Counted from the first letter of the stretch, positions 19,766 through 30,665 are shown. The stretch: 64,000 bases of DNA from Candidatus Bathyarchaeia archaeon (GCA_049513715.1 JBEKVV010000001.1:64001-128000), one strand, 5' to 3'. The notes: generated from the sequence alone by a model not told the origin. Made by a program: numbers and translations.

Positions 19766-21286
19766 TTGGTTGCAGGAGAGGCCGTGTCGACGTTGCTCTT
19801 CATCAGTGCTCTCGGAATCTACGTGCACGCCTTCTTCCTCTCGATCTCTCTCGGCCTACCCTTCGTGATTGGAGCTCTGCTCTACAAATGGTGGAGAACG
19901 AAGGACAAGGATTACTATGAAGCCGTCAAAACCACAACAGGAGTTCTGGGACTCAACTTCGCGCTTGGAGCCATTACCGGAACTCTTGTGGAATTCGGCC
20001 TAGTTCAAGCATGGCCTGGTTCGATTTTCGTTATCGCGACTTTCGGATTCATGCCGCTCGCCCTCGAACTAATCGCTTTCATCGGCGAAATCGTCATCCT
20101 AATAATCTTCATCGTAACGCTAGGGAGGGTTAAACCTCAGTCCAGTTTGGGAATAATCGCGCTCTACGCTATGATGGCAGTCCTTTCTGGCTTACTGATA
20201 ACCACGGCCAATAGTTGGTTGAACGTTCCCTGGGGAACAGGAAACCTCGCGCAAAGTCTCTACCCGTTTCTGCCGCAGTACGGGCCGCTTGCAGCGGACC
20301 CACAGGCCCTGGTCAGGTTGAAGGTGCAATTCCTTACACGGTCGACGCCCGGTTCACCAGCACAGGCTTTGCAGGATCCGTCTTTTGCGCAAAAGGTGGG
20401 GCTGACTCTCTGGGACCCGTTCGTGGCGTTCGGTTCTCCATACGCCATAGCGAGCATGATACACAACGTCAACGCCGGAATTATAGTGGGAATGGCCTTC
20501 GCGCTTGCGGGATATGGTTACAGGTTCTTCAAGTCAAGCAATAAGAAGAACTTGAAAATCATCCGTGCCTTCTTGCCAATCCTCTTGGTTTCGCTGGTTC
20601 TCCAACCAACCGTCTTCGGCGATTTCATGGGCAAAATGGTGGCAGCCAACCAACCGACCAAATTCGCTCTCATGGAAAACGCTCAGACCACAATCACTAA
20701 CCCACTCATCTCATTCCTGGCGTACGGGGACCCATCAAGACCAATCGTTGGCTTCGATACTTTCGCCAAGGCATGCAACAGCCTCGGGTCAAACACATTG
20801 GCTTCGACGAAACTGAGCAGTGTCTGCTTGTCTGACCTGGCTCTGGCTGAGTCAAGAATTGGCGTTATCAACGCTGCATACTATGCGAAAATTGCTTTCG
20901 GCGTATTGGCTTTGGTTTCTTTAGTTGCACTCACAGCCTACACATTCAAGATTCCCATCTTATCCAAGATCGCGGCGGTTATTTTCAGACGTCTCGGCAA
21001 TAGGGGAACAATTCTACTCCTATCCATCTTGCTCCTTGTATCCACTATCACACCAGCATCGCTGGGCTGGTTCATTCGCGAAAACGGAAGAAAACCTTGG
21101 ACAGTTTACGGTCTGCTCTATCCTTCGGAGATCTCAACCCCTGTCCCAATCAACCCGGTAGTCCTCGCGGCATTCACAATTACGTTCGTGGTTATGGCTG
21201 TGGTTGGCATCTATGGAATGTACGTTGTGTCAACGAAACGCCTGAGGTTCATTGAGCTTCTCAGGAAGGGCGCAGGTGTGGAGTAG
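19766..21286 (+). CDS. cydA: Cytochrome bd-type oxidase subunit I
   Basis: HAFF, NFALGAITG..EFG, ANSWLNVP, QPTKFALME, GWFIRENGRKPW; TTG start after GAGGTG. Confidence 0.88.
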   Translation: MVAGEAVSTLLFISALGIYVHAFFLSISLGLPFVIGALLYKWWRTKDKDYYEAVKTTTGVLGLNFALGAITGTLVEFGLVQAWPGSIFVIATFGFMPLALELIAFIGEIVILIIFIVTLGRVKPQSSLGIIALYAMMAVLSGLLITTANSWLNVPWGTGNLAQSLYPFLPQYGPLAADPQALVRLKVQFLTRSTPGSPAQALQDPSFAQKVGLTLWDPFVAFGSPYAIASMIHNVNAGIIVGMAFALAGYGYRFFKSSNKKNLKIIRAFLPILLVSLVLQPTVFGDFMGKMVAANQPTKFALMENAQTTITNPLISFLAYGDPSRPIVGFDTFAKACNSLGSNTLASTKLSSVCLSDLALAESRIGVINAAYYAKIAFGVLALVSLVALTAYTFKIPILSKIAAVIFRRLGNRGTILLLSILLLVSTITPASLGWFIRENGRKPWTVYGLLYPSEISTPVPINPVVLAAFTITFVVMAVVGIYGMYVVSTKRLRFIELLRKGAGVE

Positions 21287-21287
21287 C

Positions 21288-22433
21288 ATGAATGATTTCG
21301 CGTTCCTAGGCTTCTCGGTTCTAGGCATAGCTGTGATTGTTCACCTGATAATTGTGAACATCACGATTGGAACCGGTTGGATTTCAGCGGTCGCACGGTT
21401 CCTCGGCTGGAGACGCAACGCCCCTGAGCTGGAGATAATGTCTCGCAAGGTTTTCAAAATCCTCGTGATTCACGAACTATTCAGCGGAGTCTGGGGCACG
21501 ATCATAACCGTCGTTTTGGCAGGCTTCTTTCCTACATTGACAGCTATTGCAACAGACATAATGTTCTACCCAATTCTACTGGCCCTATCAGCCATCTTCG
21601 TCAGAATTCCTTCAATCGCCCTCTTCTGGTACACTTGGGGAAAGCTGAGGCCAGCAATTCACTCTCTACTCGGCTTCGTTATGGCACTTTCAGGGTTCGG
21701 CATACCACTCGGATTCAGGTACATCTTCGCCGAGTTGACCCATCCCTTTGGCCTCGCCTTGGCTCTCCAAGGCTCACGAGACCTAGCCAGAGTTGCGGTC
21801 TTCTTCAACCCACTATACCTTCCACTTATCTTTCACACTTGGTTCGGCGCAATGTCCATCGGGGGTTTCGTTGTTGCATCATTCTTCGCAATCAAGGCAA
21901 ATGTGAACGCGAAGTTCGCTTGGATAGGACTATGGCACGGTGTGCTCTTCCTCGCGCTCCAGGGTCTAATAGGTCCAACCTATCTTGTAACTCTCTCCGG
22001 GATGGCACCGATTCTTTTCAATAACATCACTGGTGCAGCCCAATCCAACTTCAACATCCTGCCGATTTTTGCCACCAAGATAGTTGTCATTGGGTTGCTG
22101 CTCGTGGTTTCCGCGGCAGCCTGGAGCAAGATTAGAAGAGGCGCCGGGCAAGTTCCTAGGTACGCGCTCACTCTAGGCCCGGTAGCTGTGGTGGTCGCGA
22201 TGATTGGCGAGTTCATGAACGATGGCGGACGATACCCGTTCATGGTTCTAATGGGCCAGACTGGCATTAGCCCTGAAGCCTTCATGAATCTCTACTTGCA
22301 GGTTCCAACAGGCATCGCATATGCAATTGTCGGAACCCTACTTGCCTTCGTCGCATTGTTCATGGCAACGGCCTACTATGCTTTGAATCGGAGATTCCTC
22401 TCAGACCTGCCAGACGAGACCTTTAGTCCCTAG
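21288..22433 (+). CDS. CydA-homologous second subunit (CydA') in place of CydB
   Basis: HLIIVNITIG, SGVWG, HTWFGAMSIGG, GEFMNDGGRYPF resemble CydA motifs. Confidence 0.7.
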   Translation: MNDFAFLGFSVLGIAVIVHLIIVNITIGTGWISAVARFLGWRRNAPELEIMSRKVFKILVIHELFSGVWGTIITVVLAGFFPTLTAIATDIMFYPILLALSAIFVRIPSIALFWYTWGKLRPAIHSLLGFVMALSGFGIPLGFRYIFAELTHPFGLALALQGSRDLARVAVFFNPLYLPLIFHTWFGAMSIGGFVVASFFAIKANVNAKFAWIGLWHGVLFLALQGLIGPTYLVTLSGMAPILFNNITGAAQSNFNILPIFATKIVVIGLLLVVSAAAWSKIRRGAGQVPRYALTLGPVAVVVAMIGEFMNDGGRYPFMVLMGQTGISPEAFMNLYLQVPTGIAYAIVGTLLAFVALFMATAYYALNRRFLSDLPDETFSP

Positions 22434-22573
22434 GCGTCTGGCTTAGGGAGGAGCCGTTGGTACTCGGCGTCCGCCTTGAAGTCGATAGAGTAGTCAGCGA
22501 AGTAGTCCTCCAAGTTTCTGAGGTCGCGTAAGAGCAACGGTTTCGCTTCCTCAACTGGTCTGACAGGTTCCAC
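22430..22573 (-). CDS. Small hypothetical protein (47 aa)
   Basis: Hand-translated open frame MEPVRPVEEAKPLLLRDLRNLEDYFADY... fills the intergenic gap. Confidence 0.3.
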   Translation of the reverse strand: MEPVRPVEEAKPLLLRDLRNLEDYFADYSIDFKADAEYQRLLPKPDA

Positions 22574-22625
22574 AGACTACTTAATTACTGGAAACCTAAT
22601 TTCGGCCGCTTTACTGTAGGAAAGA

Positions 22626-23600
22626 GTGTACGTGTCAACAGCTGAGCATCAAATTGCGGGTATTCACCACGTTACCGCAATTGCTAGCGACCCACAAAGG
22701 AACATCGACTTCTACGTGGGCCTTCTAGGCCTTCGCTTGGTCAAACTGACCGTGAATTTTGACGACCCCAAAAGTTACCATCTCTATTATGGTGACAAAG
22801 TGGGTCACCCAGGGACTATCCTAACGTTCTTCGCTTGGCCGTATGGGCCGCAAGGGCGGCCCGGGACAGGGCAGCTCACGACCACCTCGTTCTCGATACC
22901 GGAGGGTTCAATGGAGTTCTGGATGGAACAATTCCGGCGCCACGGTATCCCGTTTCATGGCCCAACAGCAAAATTCGGGGAGCAAATCCTTACGTTCAAC
23001 GATCCGGATGCCCTGCAACTGGAACTCGTCACCTGCCAAGATACTCATGAGGGCGAGCTCTGGGAAGATGGACCGATACCCGCGAAGTACGCGATCAGGC
23101 GTTTTCGCGGCGTCACACTCACTGAATCCAACTACGACCGAACAGCATCACTCCTCACCCAAACACTGGGGTTCCGAAAGAGTCAGGAGCATAATGCCTC
23201 AACTAGATTCGTAACTGTCAACGGAACCACTGTGGATCTCCTCGTCCCACGTGATCTCTTCCGTGGGGAAGTCAGCGTTGGCACGGTTCATCATGTCGCG
23301 TGGAGGACGCCGGACGATGACCAACAGAAGACTTGGCGCGAAAGGCTGGTGAAGCTGGGGCTCAACGTAACGCCGGTAATTGACCGACAGTATTTTCACT
23401 CGATCTACTTCCGTGAGCCTGGCGGCGCACTCTTCGAGATCGCAACGGACCCGCCCGGATTCACCGTGGACGAGCCCGCCGAACAACTCGGCATGCAACT
23501 AAGACTCCCCCCTTGGTTGGAACCACAAAGGCAGGAATTGATGGAGGCGTTGCCACATGTGCAAAATCCGACCATCGTGAGAATTCCAGAGGAAAGCTAA
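22626..23600 (+). CDS. Ring-cleaving dioxygenase, VOC family (MhqO/LinE-like)
   Basis: GIHHVT, VNFDDP..YHLYYGD, HHVAW, DRQYFHSIYFREPGG..FEIATD. Confidence 0.93.
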   Translation: MYVSTAEHQIAGIHHVTAIASDPQRNIDFYVGLLGLRLVKLTVNFDDPKSYHLYYGDKVGHPGTILTFFAWPYGPQGRPGTGQLTTTSFSIPEGSMEFWMEQFRRHGIPFHGPTAKFGEQILTFNDPDALQLELVTCQDTHEGELWEDGPIPAKYAIRRFRGVTLTESNYDRTASLLTQTLGFRKSQEHNASTRFVTVNGTTVDLLVPRDLFRGEVSVGTVHHVAWRTPDDDQQKTWRERLVKLGLNVTPVIDRQYFHSIYFREPGGALFEIATDPPGFTVDEPAEQLGMQLRLPPWLEPQRQELMEALPHVQNPTIVRIPEES

Positions 23601-23672
23601 TTCCAATTTCAGGAACTGGTCGAAGGATTCTAGTCCTGATAGTTCTTGTTTGAGCTTGGGGTTGAAATCAGA

Positions 23673-23873
23673 ATGACTTCTATGGGGACAAAGGTAATTG
23701 GAACAATCGTGGTCGGCGTTGCTTGGTTCTCCTTCATAGTGCTTTACTTGGCGTTCTTCGCTGAGAGTTCTAACATCTGGCAGAAGGCAGCCATATTCCT
23801 AGCATCAGGGGCTATCGCTAGTGGAATAGTCGTGGTCATTTGGATAAAATGGGCGTTCAAGAAATTAGGCTAG
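23673..23873 (+). CDS. Small two-TM membrane protein
   Basis: Two hydrophobic helices. Confidence 0.6.
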   Translation: MTSMGTKVIGTIVVGVAWFSFIVLYLAFFAESSNIWQKAAIFLASGAIASGIVVVIWIKWAFKKLG

Positions 23874-23921
23874 AGCGAGGAATCATAGGCTCGCCAATCA
23901 GTGGGTGGATGGATTGCGGGC

Positions 23922-24077
23922 CTAGTGCCCTGCTTTGCGTTCCAATGTTCTTACTCGCGCATCCAGTTCCTTGACGCGTTTTGAGAGCCCATCGATTGCT
24001 CGGTGGTGGCCATAGCTATGGTCTACAAGCTCACCCAGTAGCCGCTTCAGTTCCTTTGCAGTTTTCGCTTCTACCAA
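23922..24077 (-). CDS. Small coiled-coil protein (51 aa)
   Basis: Hand translation MVEAKTAKELKRLLGELVDHSYGHHRAIDGLSKRVKELDARVRTLERKAGH. Confidence 0.45.
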   Translation of the reverse strand: MVEAKTAKELKRLLGELVDHSYGHHRAIDGLSKRVKELDARVRTLERKAGH

Positions 24078-24364
24078 CTACCACATCCCCAATTCAGATC
24101 AGGAAACAACCGCTCCCCATAAATCAATTACCCCTTTTCTTGCGCTTATACAACCGCTTATGATTCGCTTTTCGGGACTCGCCGAGATTTCTGAGCATAA
24201 ATGAAGTACAAGTACGTCGTATTAACGAAAACGGCCTTGCTCGTTTATGTCTCAGCTCGCCGGGAACATAGTAGTAGAATTTCTCCGATTCTTTCAAATG
24301 CATTGCCTAAAGACCTAAGGCTGTGCGGTTCTCTTTAGCGAGCAGAGAGAGTGCAGATTCTCCT

Positions 24365-25969
24365 ATGAAGGTCGCCGAGCTCCTAGTTCGTTGTCTCGAG
24401 AACGAAGGCGTCAAGTTCGCATTCGGCATACCGGGGGAAGAGAACCTCGATTTGATGGACGCGCTTCACGACAGCACGATTCGTTTCATTCCAACCCGCC
24501 ATGAAGAAGCGGCCGCTTTCATGGCCGACGCCTTCGGCCGTACCACGGGACAGGCAGGGGTTTGCTTGGCAACTCTAGGGCCGGGAGCAACAAACCTTGT
24601 CACCGGCATAGCAGACGCCTTCTTGGATAGGGCTCCATTGGTTGCGATAACTGCACAGGAGCCCTTGTCTCAGATCCACAAGGAATCGCACCAATACATC
24701 GACATCCTCGAGGTCTTCAAACCCATAACTAAATGGAACGCCCGCCTTGAGAACGCAGTAAGCTGCACTGAAATTGTGCGAAAGGCGTTCAAAACCGCTC
24801 AGGCTGAAAAGCCAGGGTCGACACACATCGAGCTTCCAGACGACGTAGCCAAGACCGAGACCGAAGGAGAGCCGATACCTTGGGAGCGGACGCGTCGGCC
24901 ATCACCCGACCGTCAGAGTATCCAGAAGGCCGCCGCGCTCATTTCCGAAGCCAAAAGCCCAATGATTCTGGCCGGGAACGGAGTAATCAGAGGGGCTGCC
25001 TCAAATGAGCTTGCGCATTTTGCTGAGGAACACTGCATACCCGTCGCCCACACGTTAATGGGCAAAGGGGCAATTCCTTGGGACTCTCCAATGAGCCTGC
25101 TCACGATAGGATTACGGTCAAATGATTATCAGAACCTAGGGTTCGACACAGCCGACCTTGTCATCTGCATTGGATACGATTTTGTGGAATATGACCCGAG
25201 GTTCTGGAACCCCCATAACGACAAGAAAGTTATTCATATCGATTTCACGCCGGCTGAAGTTTCAGCGAATTACGAGACCACGGTTGAGATCGTGGCTGAC
25301 ATACGCGAATCAATCCAAATACTGCAAGAGAATTGCCGGACCTCAAGGAATGCCGCTAGGGTTCAGGCTCTCCGATCCTCTATCATGTCAGAACTGAAGG
25401 CTTGGGTCGAAGCAGGATCAGGGTCGATGAAGCCACCAGCGATTCTGAAGGAGCTGAGGGAGACAATGGCCCCCGAGGACATCCTCGTGTCTGATGTGGG
25501 TGCCCACAAGATTTGGCTCGGACGTTTCTTCGAAGCCTACAAACCCAAGACGGTTTTCATCTCAAACGGACTTTCGCCGATGGGATTCGCATTGCCTGCT
25601 GGGTTAGCGGTTAAATTGGCACAGCCCGAGCGGCGGGTTGTCACGTTGAGCGGGGACGGAGGTTTCATGATGAGCGTGCATGAACTCGAAACCGCCCGCC
25701 GCGAACGTTTAGCGACCGTAAACATTGTTTTTCGAGACGGAGGGTTCGGCAGCATTCGGTGGAAGCAACTCAATAAGTTCGGGCGCACTACCGGCGTCGA
25801 CTTCCTAAACCCTGATCTCCCAGAACTGGCAAAGGCATTCGGACTTCGGGGATTTCAGGTGACTTCCCCCAAAGACCTAGCCTCTGTCCTCGAGGAGGCT
25901 ATGGAGCTGAAGGAACCGTCTCTAGTGGACGTTCCAGTCGACTATAGTGACAACCCATTTTCTGGCTAG
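24365..25969 (+). CDS. Acetolactate synthase large-subunit family TPP enzyme
   Basis: FGIPGEEN, RHEEAA, TLGPGATN, GDGGF TPP motif. Confidence 0.93.
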   Translation: MKVAELLVRCLENEGVKFAFGIPGEENLDLMDALHDSTIRFIPTRHEEAAAFMADAFGRTTGQAGVCLATLGPGATNLVTGIADAFLDRAPLVAITAQEPLSQIHKESHQYIDILEVFKPITKWNARLENAVSCTEIVRKAFKTAQAEKPGSTHIELPDDVAKTETEGEPIPWERTRRPSPDRQSIQKAAALISEAKSPMILAGNGVIRGAASNELAHFAEEHCIPVAHTLMGKGAIPWDSPMSLLTIGLRSNDYQNLGFDTADLVICIGYDFVEYDPRFWNPHNDKKVIHIDFTPAEVSANYETTVEIVADIRESIQILQENCRTSRNAARVQALRSSIMSELKAWVEAGSGSMKPPAILKELRETMAPEDILVSDVGAHKIWLGRFFEAYKPKTVFISNGLSPMGFALPAGLAVKLAQPERRVVTLSGDGGFMMSVHELETARRERLATVNIVFRDGGFGSIRWKQLNKFGRTTGVDFLNPDLPELAKAFGLRGFQVTSPKDLASVLEEAMELKEPSLVDVPVDYSDNPFSG

Positions 25970-26564
25970 AGAAGAGGGGCAGTTGTTGCGCCCTGCTGAA
26001 CACCAAACGCCCCTCTTTCGATGAGTTATAGAGAGGTTTTTCGTTCATGTAAGTCGCGACAAAGGCGGTCGTTAGGCGTAGAATTGCACGCTGAGCGGGG
26101 GATTACTTCCTGAGTACTTTCACCCGAAAACGGGGTTATCTGACCTGGGATTTGCACTTAATCTTCCCCGTGCGTTCATTGACATAGGTGCATAATTCTC
26201 GAAGATTTCGAGGAGGGGGTTGACTGCCTGAGTTGACTTGATTGTGCATGAGTCGACATCTAGTATTAGCGGAGACCGCGTGCTGGCTCTCTTGGTTGAA
26301 TCACTTTCAGCCATGTCTCCTGATTATTCTGACAAACGTGGATTCTATGGGTTGGTGATAATTGTGAGGAAATTCGATGTTGTCAAGGTCTGCAAGCACC
26401 TAAGGAAGATTCGTTTTCTTTTCAGAGACGAACGGTACGAGTTTCTTAGGTGTGAGGGCTGCGGGCAGATTGTTCGCCTGCCCCTCTAACCCTTCCTTTA
26501 CCTTGAACTTGTGGCGTAAGGCGTATTAGCCAACGCGCCGCAGCTTTCATTAGGGTTAGTTGGT

Positions 26565-26888
26565 TTGGTGGAGGTCGAACTAGGCGACCTCAAAAAGGTC
26601 GGTAAGGATATTGCTGAAATTCTAGGCCAAAGACTGAAGGCGCAGGTCGAAGTGAAAGGAAGATCGCTCATTGTGCCTGACAGCGTCAACGGAAAGCACT
26701 ACAGCGTGAAGGACATGAAGCCACACGTGAAGCATGCGCTGCACCAACTTGGCCTTTCTGAAGAATACCGGGTCCTAGCAGAGCACCACAAAATCCGCAT
26801 AGTCAAAGTTGAGGAGAAAGTCAAGTACGCGGAGCGGGAAGGCGGAGCACCACCACCCACACAGTCGCTACCCTACTTCTTCCCCTGA
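26565..26888 (+). CDS. Ribosomal protein eL22-like protein
   Basis: Size and the pattern YSVKDMKPHVKHALHQLGLSEEYRVLA resemble eL22 [27 protein letters not shown] (recalled from memory). Confidence 0.55.
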   Translation: MVEVELGDLKKVGKDIAEILGQRLKAQVEVKGRSLIVPDSVNGKHYSVKDMKPHVKHALHQLGLSEEYRVLAEHHKIRIVKVEEKVKYAEREGGAPPPTQSLPYFFP

Positions 26889-26930
26889 AGTCAGCACGAC
26901 CAAGATGTGTTCAAGCGGTAACTTTGGATT

Positions 26931-27509
26931 TCAACCCAAATCTGATACCGTAATCCGCTTGGCGCCCTTCGACGCCATTTCCTGCAACGCTTGGTCTGAG
27001 TCGTCGAGTTTCACGTTGACGCCTTTCGACGCGTCGTCTAGGTGGTACACTCTGAAGCCGAACTTCAATCCGTCCAGAACGGTCTCTCTCACGCAGTAAT
27101 CAGTTGCAAGGCCACCAACCAGTAGCGTAGTGATTCCTTGCCGCCGCAGCCTCTCCGCCATATCTGTTCCTTGAAAGAACGAGTACGCCTCGTCTTTCTC
27201 GTCGGCCTTCGAGATGACTTCTCCTGGAGCGGGTGGTATTAGGTCGGGGTGGAACTTCGCTCCGTCTGTTCCTTGAACACAATGGGGTGGCCACGGGCCG
27301 CCTTCCGCTTTGAAGGAGCTGTGGTCCTGTGGATGCCAATCTCGAGTGTAGAAGATCGGTGCACCCGCCTTACGGAATAGTTGGATGTACTTGTTGAGGA
27401 CAGGCACAACTTTATCGCCGTTTGAAACGGCGAGCGCGCCGCCTGGGCAGAAGTCATTCTGAATATCCACAACAACTAGCGCAGTGTACTTATCGATTGC
27501 AAGAGTCAA
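26931..27509 (-). CDS. pncA: Nicotinamidase/pyrazinamidase
   Basis: VDIQNDFCPGGAL, DWHP, WPPHCVQ, GLATDYCV. Confidence 0.93.
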   Translation of the reverse strand: MTLAIDKYTALVVVDIQNDFCPGGALAVSNGDKVVPVLNKYIQLFRKAGAPIFYTRDWHPQDHSSFKAEGGPWPPHCVQGTDGAKFHPDLIPPAPGEVISKADEKDEAYSFFQGTDMAERLRRQGITTLLVGGLATDYCVRETVLDGLKFGFRVYHLDDASKGVNVKLDDSDQALQEMASKGAKRITVSDLG

Positions 27510-27684
27510 TTCTTTGTCGTTGTTCGTGGGACGGCGGTCGAAATTAAGGGTTCCTTGAATTCACAGCGTTTCCAGTGTACTGCGATTTGTGGATGATAGT
27601 AATCCCAACCGTAATCCTAATTTATCTTCATTTGGTTCACCGGCGGGTTCGAAGAGCGCATAGGATATGCCTGCTTGAGGGTGC

Positions 27685-28458
27685 TTGGCTTTGGATTATC
27701 TGAGTGCGATCATACTGGCGGTTGTTGAAGGGCTTACTGAGTTTCTACCTGTGTCGTCTACGGGCCACTTGATTCTAGCCGCGACGCTACTGGGTTTACA
27801 GCAGACAGCATTTGTGAAGAGTTTTGAGCTTGCTTTGGAATTTGGTTCAATTCTAGCCGTGGTCGTTCTGTATTGGAGGCTTTTTCTGAGTTTTGAGGTT
27901 CTGAAACGTTTGGCCGTGGCTTTCATTCCAACAGGGATAGTGGGGCTATTGATCTACCGCATTTTCAAGGACGTGTTGTTGGGGAACGAGCAAGTTGTCT
28001 TGTGGGCTTTGCTGCTGGGTGGCATATTCATTATCATCTTCGAGTGGCGATACAAGGAACGTTCGGAAATCGACGACATAGCCAAAATCCCCTACGTTCA
28101 CTGTTTGCTTATCGGTATTTGTCAATCCATCTCAGTCGTACCCGGAGTTTCAAGGTCTGCCCCAACAATCATGGCTGGGTTGGCTTTGGGTATGAAACGG
28201 CAAACAATCGTCTTGTTCTCGTTCCTACTCGCCGTACCCACGATGGTCGCCGCTTCCGGGTTTGACCTGCTAATGTCCTACAGCGAGTTTTCGTCAGGAC
28301 AAATCGATTTTCTTGCCGTTGGGTTTGTGGTATCGTTTTTGGTTGCGTTGCCCGCCCTCAAATACTTCCTTGAGTACGTGAAGAAGAACAATTTCATTCC
28401 ATTTGGGGTCTACAGGATTCTCCTGGTTGTGTTGTTTTTCTTTCTAGTGATCCTGTAA
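27685..28458 (+). CDS. uppP: Undecaprenyl-diphosphate phosphatase (BacA family)
   Basis: EGLTEFLPVSSTGH, PGVSRS, FSFLLAVP. Confidence 0.93.
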   Translation: MALDYLSAIILAVVEGLTEFLPVSSTGHLILAATLLGLQQTAFVKSFELALEFGSILAVVVLYWRLFLSFEVLKRLAVAFIPTGIVGLLIYRIFKDVLLGNEQVVLWALLLGGIFIIIFEWRYKERSEIDDIAKIPYVHCLLIGICQSISVVPGVSRSAPTIMAGLALGMKRQTIVLFSFLLAVPTMVAASGFDLLMSYSEFSSGQIDFLAVGFVVSFLVALPALKYFLEYVKKNNFIPFGVYRILLVVLFFFLVIL

Positions 28459-28743
28459 GCCATCGAGCAGACTCGCCAATAGTTAGTCAAGCTATATCAG
28501 CCGCGTCTGCATTTCGTAGCGTTGCCGGGGGTTGCCAAATTCCCGAAGGATTTCCCCAAATGACTGCGGGTGCAATTTCTCCAAACAGAGAAGAAAGTTT
28601 CATCATGCTCCTCAAGTTTGATTCGGTTTCGTTCACCCATATCGAACCACATACCTCGGCGTTGTCGAACTAGCACGTCGAGGTCACGGCTTGCCATGGG
28701 AGCAGAAGTGAAGATAGTGATTGTGTGCTTTGTACGAATCTAT

Positions 28744-30159
28744 TCAGTAATTTTCGGAGGGGATTGCAGACATTCCAATCAGGTAGGCTCCGAACGTGAT
28801 GAACCAGATTGACTCGGGCAGCAGAATTATTCTCTCTGTGAAGCCTTTCCCTAAAGCGAAGAAGATAGATGCGATAGGAGAGACAAAGAAAGCAGCGTAT
28901 AGTATGACCATTCCGATTAGCATCATTAAACCGAGGATTAGGGACAAGTACCTGAACAGGCCTTTGACGAGCCTTATGGAAACGAGGAGGGAGGAGATTG
29001 CACCAAAGGCGAATGCCAGCAACGACAACACGAGATGCGCATCGTAGAACGTATTCTCATTGAACGCTGCAACGCCCAATAGGCCCACGCCCGTTAGGCC
29101 GAAGGTGATGAGTAGCTCTCTATGTCCTCTGCCAAAATCGGACAGGGCAAGACCAGCTATGATCACTAGTACTCCTGTGACGAGCACACTCGCAGTCCAT
29201 ACGATCGCGGATTGCGGTTGGACGCCTAAGTCGCTTACAAGATTCAGTTGCAAGTTGTAGTTCGGGTACAGGCCTTCCGCTATCGAAGTGAAGAAGATCG
29301 ATTGTATCCAAGCAACAAGAAAGAAGGCGCCCGCCAGCTTACGGTTTCTATTCTGGCTGTCAATCGTTCTTTTCTTTGAGATTCTATCCGACTCCAGAGT
29401 TGGGGCGGTTTCGGGATGAGTGGCTTGGTCATATTTGGAGTACGGCGAGAGCCTCCAGCTCACCGCAGCGGCTACCGCTTCACTTCCCGCAGGAGCGGTG
29501 CCCTTCCCAAAATAGGATTTCACCCTTCCCCTAGTCAAGTAGAAGATGAAGAATGCGTAGATTACAACCCCTACCAATCCGAACCCAATAATCAGGCCTG
29601 CAGCGGATACTATGAGGCCAAGGATTGAGGAAATGAGTGTCCAGGTCCAAGCCCAGCTACGGCCCTTCCAGAGTCCAAAGCCGAGCACGAATGAAATTAT
29701 CGCAAATATCAGAGGTATAATTGAGAGAAGCAAGAGCAAAGTCCCTGCCAATTGTAGACTGGGCAGGAGAGCCAGCGTAGGGAGGGTGACTGTTCCAAGA
29801 AAAAGGAACAAAGCTGATGTGCCAATGTCCACGGCTCCTCCGAGAAACATTAGAATCGAAAGTACCGCGACGCCAGTGGGCCTTTGGCTGCCCTGCTCTG
29901 GCGGCGTAAGCATTGGCTGTGGCATCACAGGTTCTGCAGGAGGTGCGAACGGCCGTTGTGGTTCTGGAAGTGGGACCTCACGAGATTCAGGAGTGGGATA
30001 AGAAGAGAGGGCAACAGGAGGGCGGATAACAGTTCGCGTCGGCTCAGGGCGCAGCGAGGGTTGTGGGTAAAATGGTTGAAGTGTTCGTCCACAGTTAAAG
30101 CAGAAATTCTGGTTGGCCGAGATCGGTTTTCCGCACCCGTCGCAAAAAGGCGTAATCAT
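28744..30159 (-). CDS. Zinc-ribbon, Pro-rich, multi-TM protein with DUF998-like C-terminal domain
   Basis: CDGCG..CFNCG, RPTGVAVL TM block, YPNY..NLVSDLG and GFTER motifs. Confidence 0.7.
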   Translation of the reverse strand: MITPFCDGCGKPISANQNFCFNCGRTLQPFYPQPSLRPEPTRTVIRPPVALSSYPTPESREVPLPEPQRPFAPPAEPVMPQPMLTPPEQGSQRPTGVAVLSILMFLGGAVDIGTSALFLFLGTVTLPTLALLPSLQLAGTLLLLLSIIPLIFAIISFVLGFGLWKGRSWAWTWTLISSILGLIVSAAGLIIGFGLVGVVIYAFFIFYLTRGRVKSYFGKGTAPAGSEAVAAAVSWRLSPYSKYDQATHPETAPTLESDRISKKRTIDSQNRNRKLAGAFFLVAWIQSIFFTSIAEGLYPNYNLQLNLVSDLGVQPQSAIVWTASVLVTGVLVIIAGLALSDFGRGHRELLITFGLTGVGLLGVAAFNENTFYDAHLVLSLLAFAFGAISSLLVSIRLVKGLFRYLSLILGLMMLIGMVILYAAFFVSPIASIFFALGKGFTERIILLPESIWFITFGAYLIGMSAIPSENY

Positions 30160-30646
30160 CCCTTCCAGAACATCACCGCGGGGCCCAGAATAAAAACCAT
30201 GGCTCCATGCATTTAGGTTGTGATTTCTCTTGGTAGCGCGTGGGGGTAGAAACCGAGTAACTGGAGAAACCCAAAATGAAGTTCTAAGAAAACCGACAGA
30301 ACAAGACCTCCAATTGCACTTCCAAGTGCTCCAGTCGAATTGGGGTCTGAGAAAATCATGACCTGATTGGTTCACAGACTTTGTGTCCGCGATTAAGCAG
30401 TAGACTCGACCAGTTGAGTTTCGAACGGTACGATAACTTGGGGGTCAGTTCCTCGGAGGCCACGATCTTACGCGTTCGAGAGACGGTGAGATTCCGTGAA
30501 GTAAGGGTAGATAGAAATCATGCTAAACCCACGATGTAGTGGGTTCGTTCCGACCGGCTCCATCACACGCGCCGTTACCCTTGTGAAAGAATGCTGGCTA
30601 CGGGCAAATCGATAAGCAGCACGTTGTCCGAGGCTATTCTAGTTGG

Positions 30647-30665
30647 TTCGGTAACGATATTTAGT
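30647..30665 (+). promoter_or_regulatory. Putative BRE/TATA promoter of the original tRNA-Leu locus
   Basis: TTCGGTAACGATATTTAGT, identical to 60504-60522 and at nearly the same distance from the tRNA 5' end. Confidence 0.7.

Noticed and set aside
27685..28458. Bacterial-type uppP in an archaeon
   Set aside because: BacA homologs are already known in archaea
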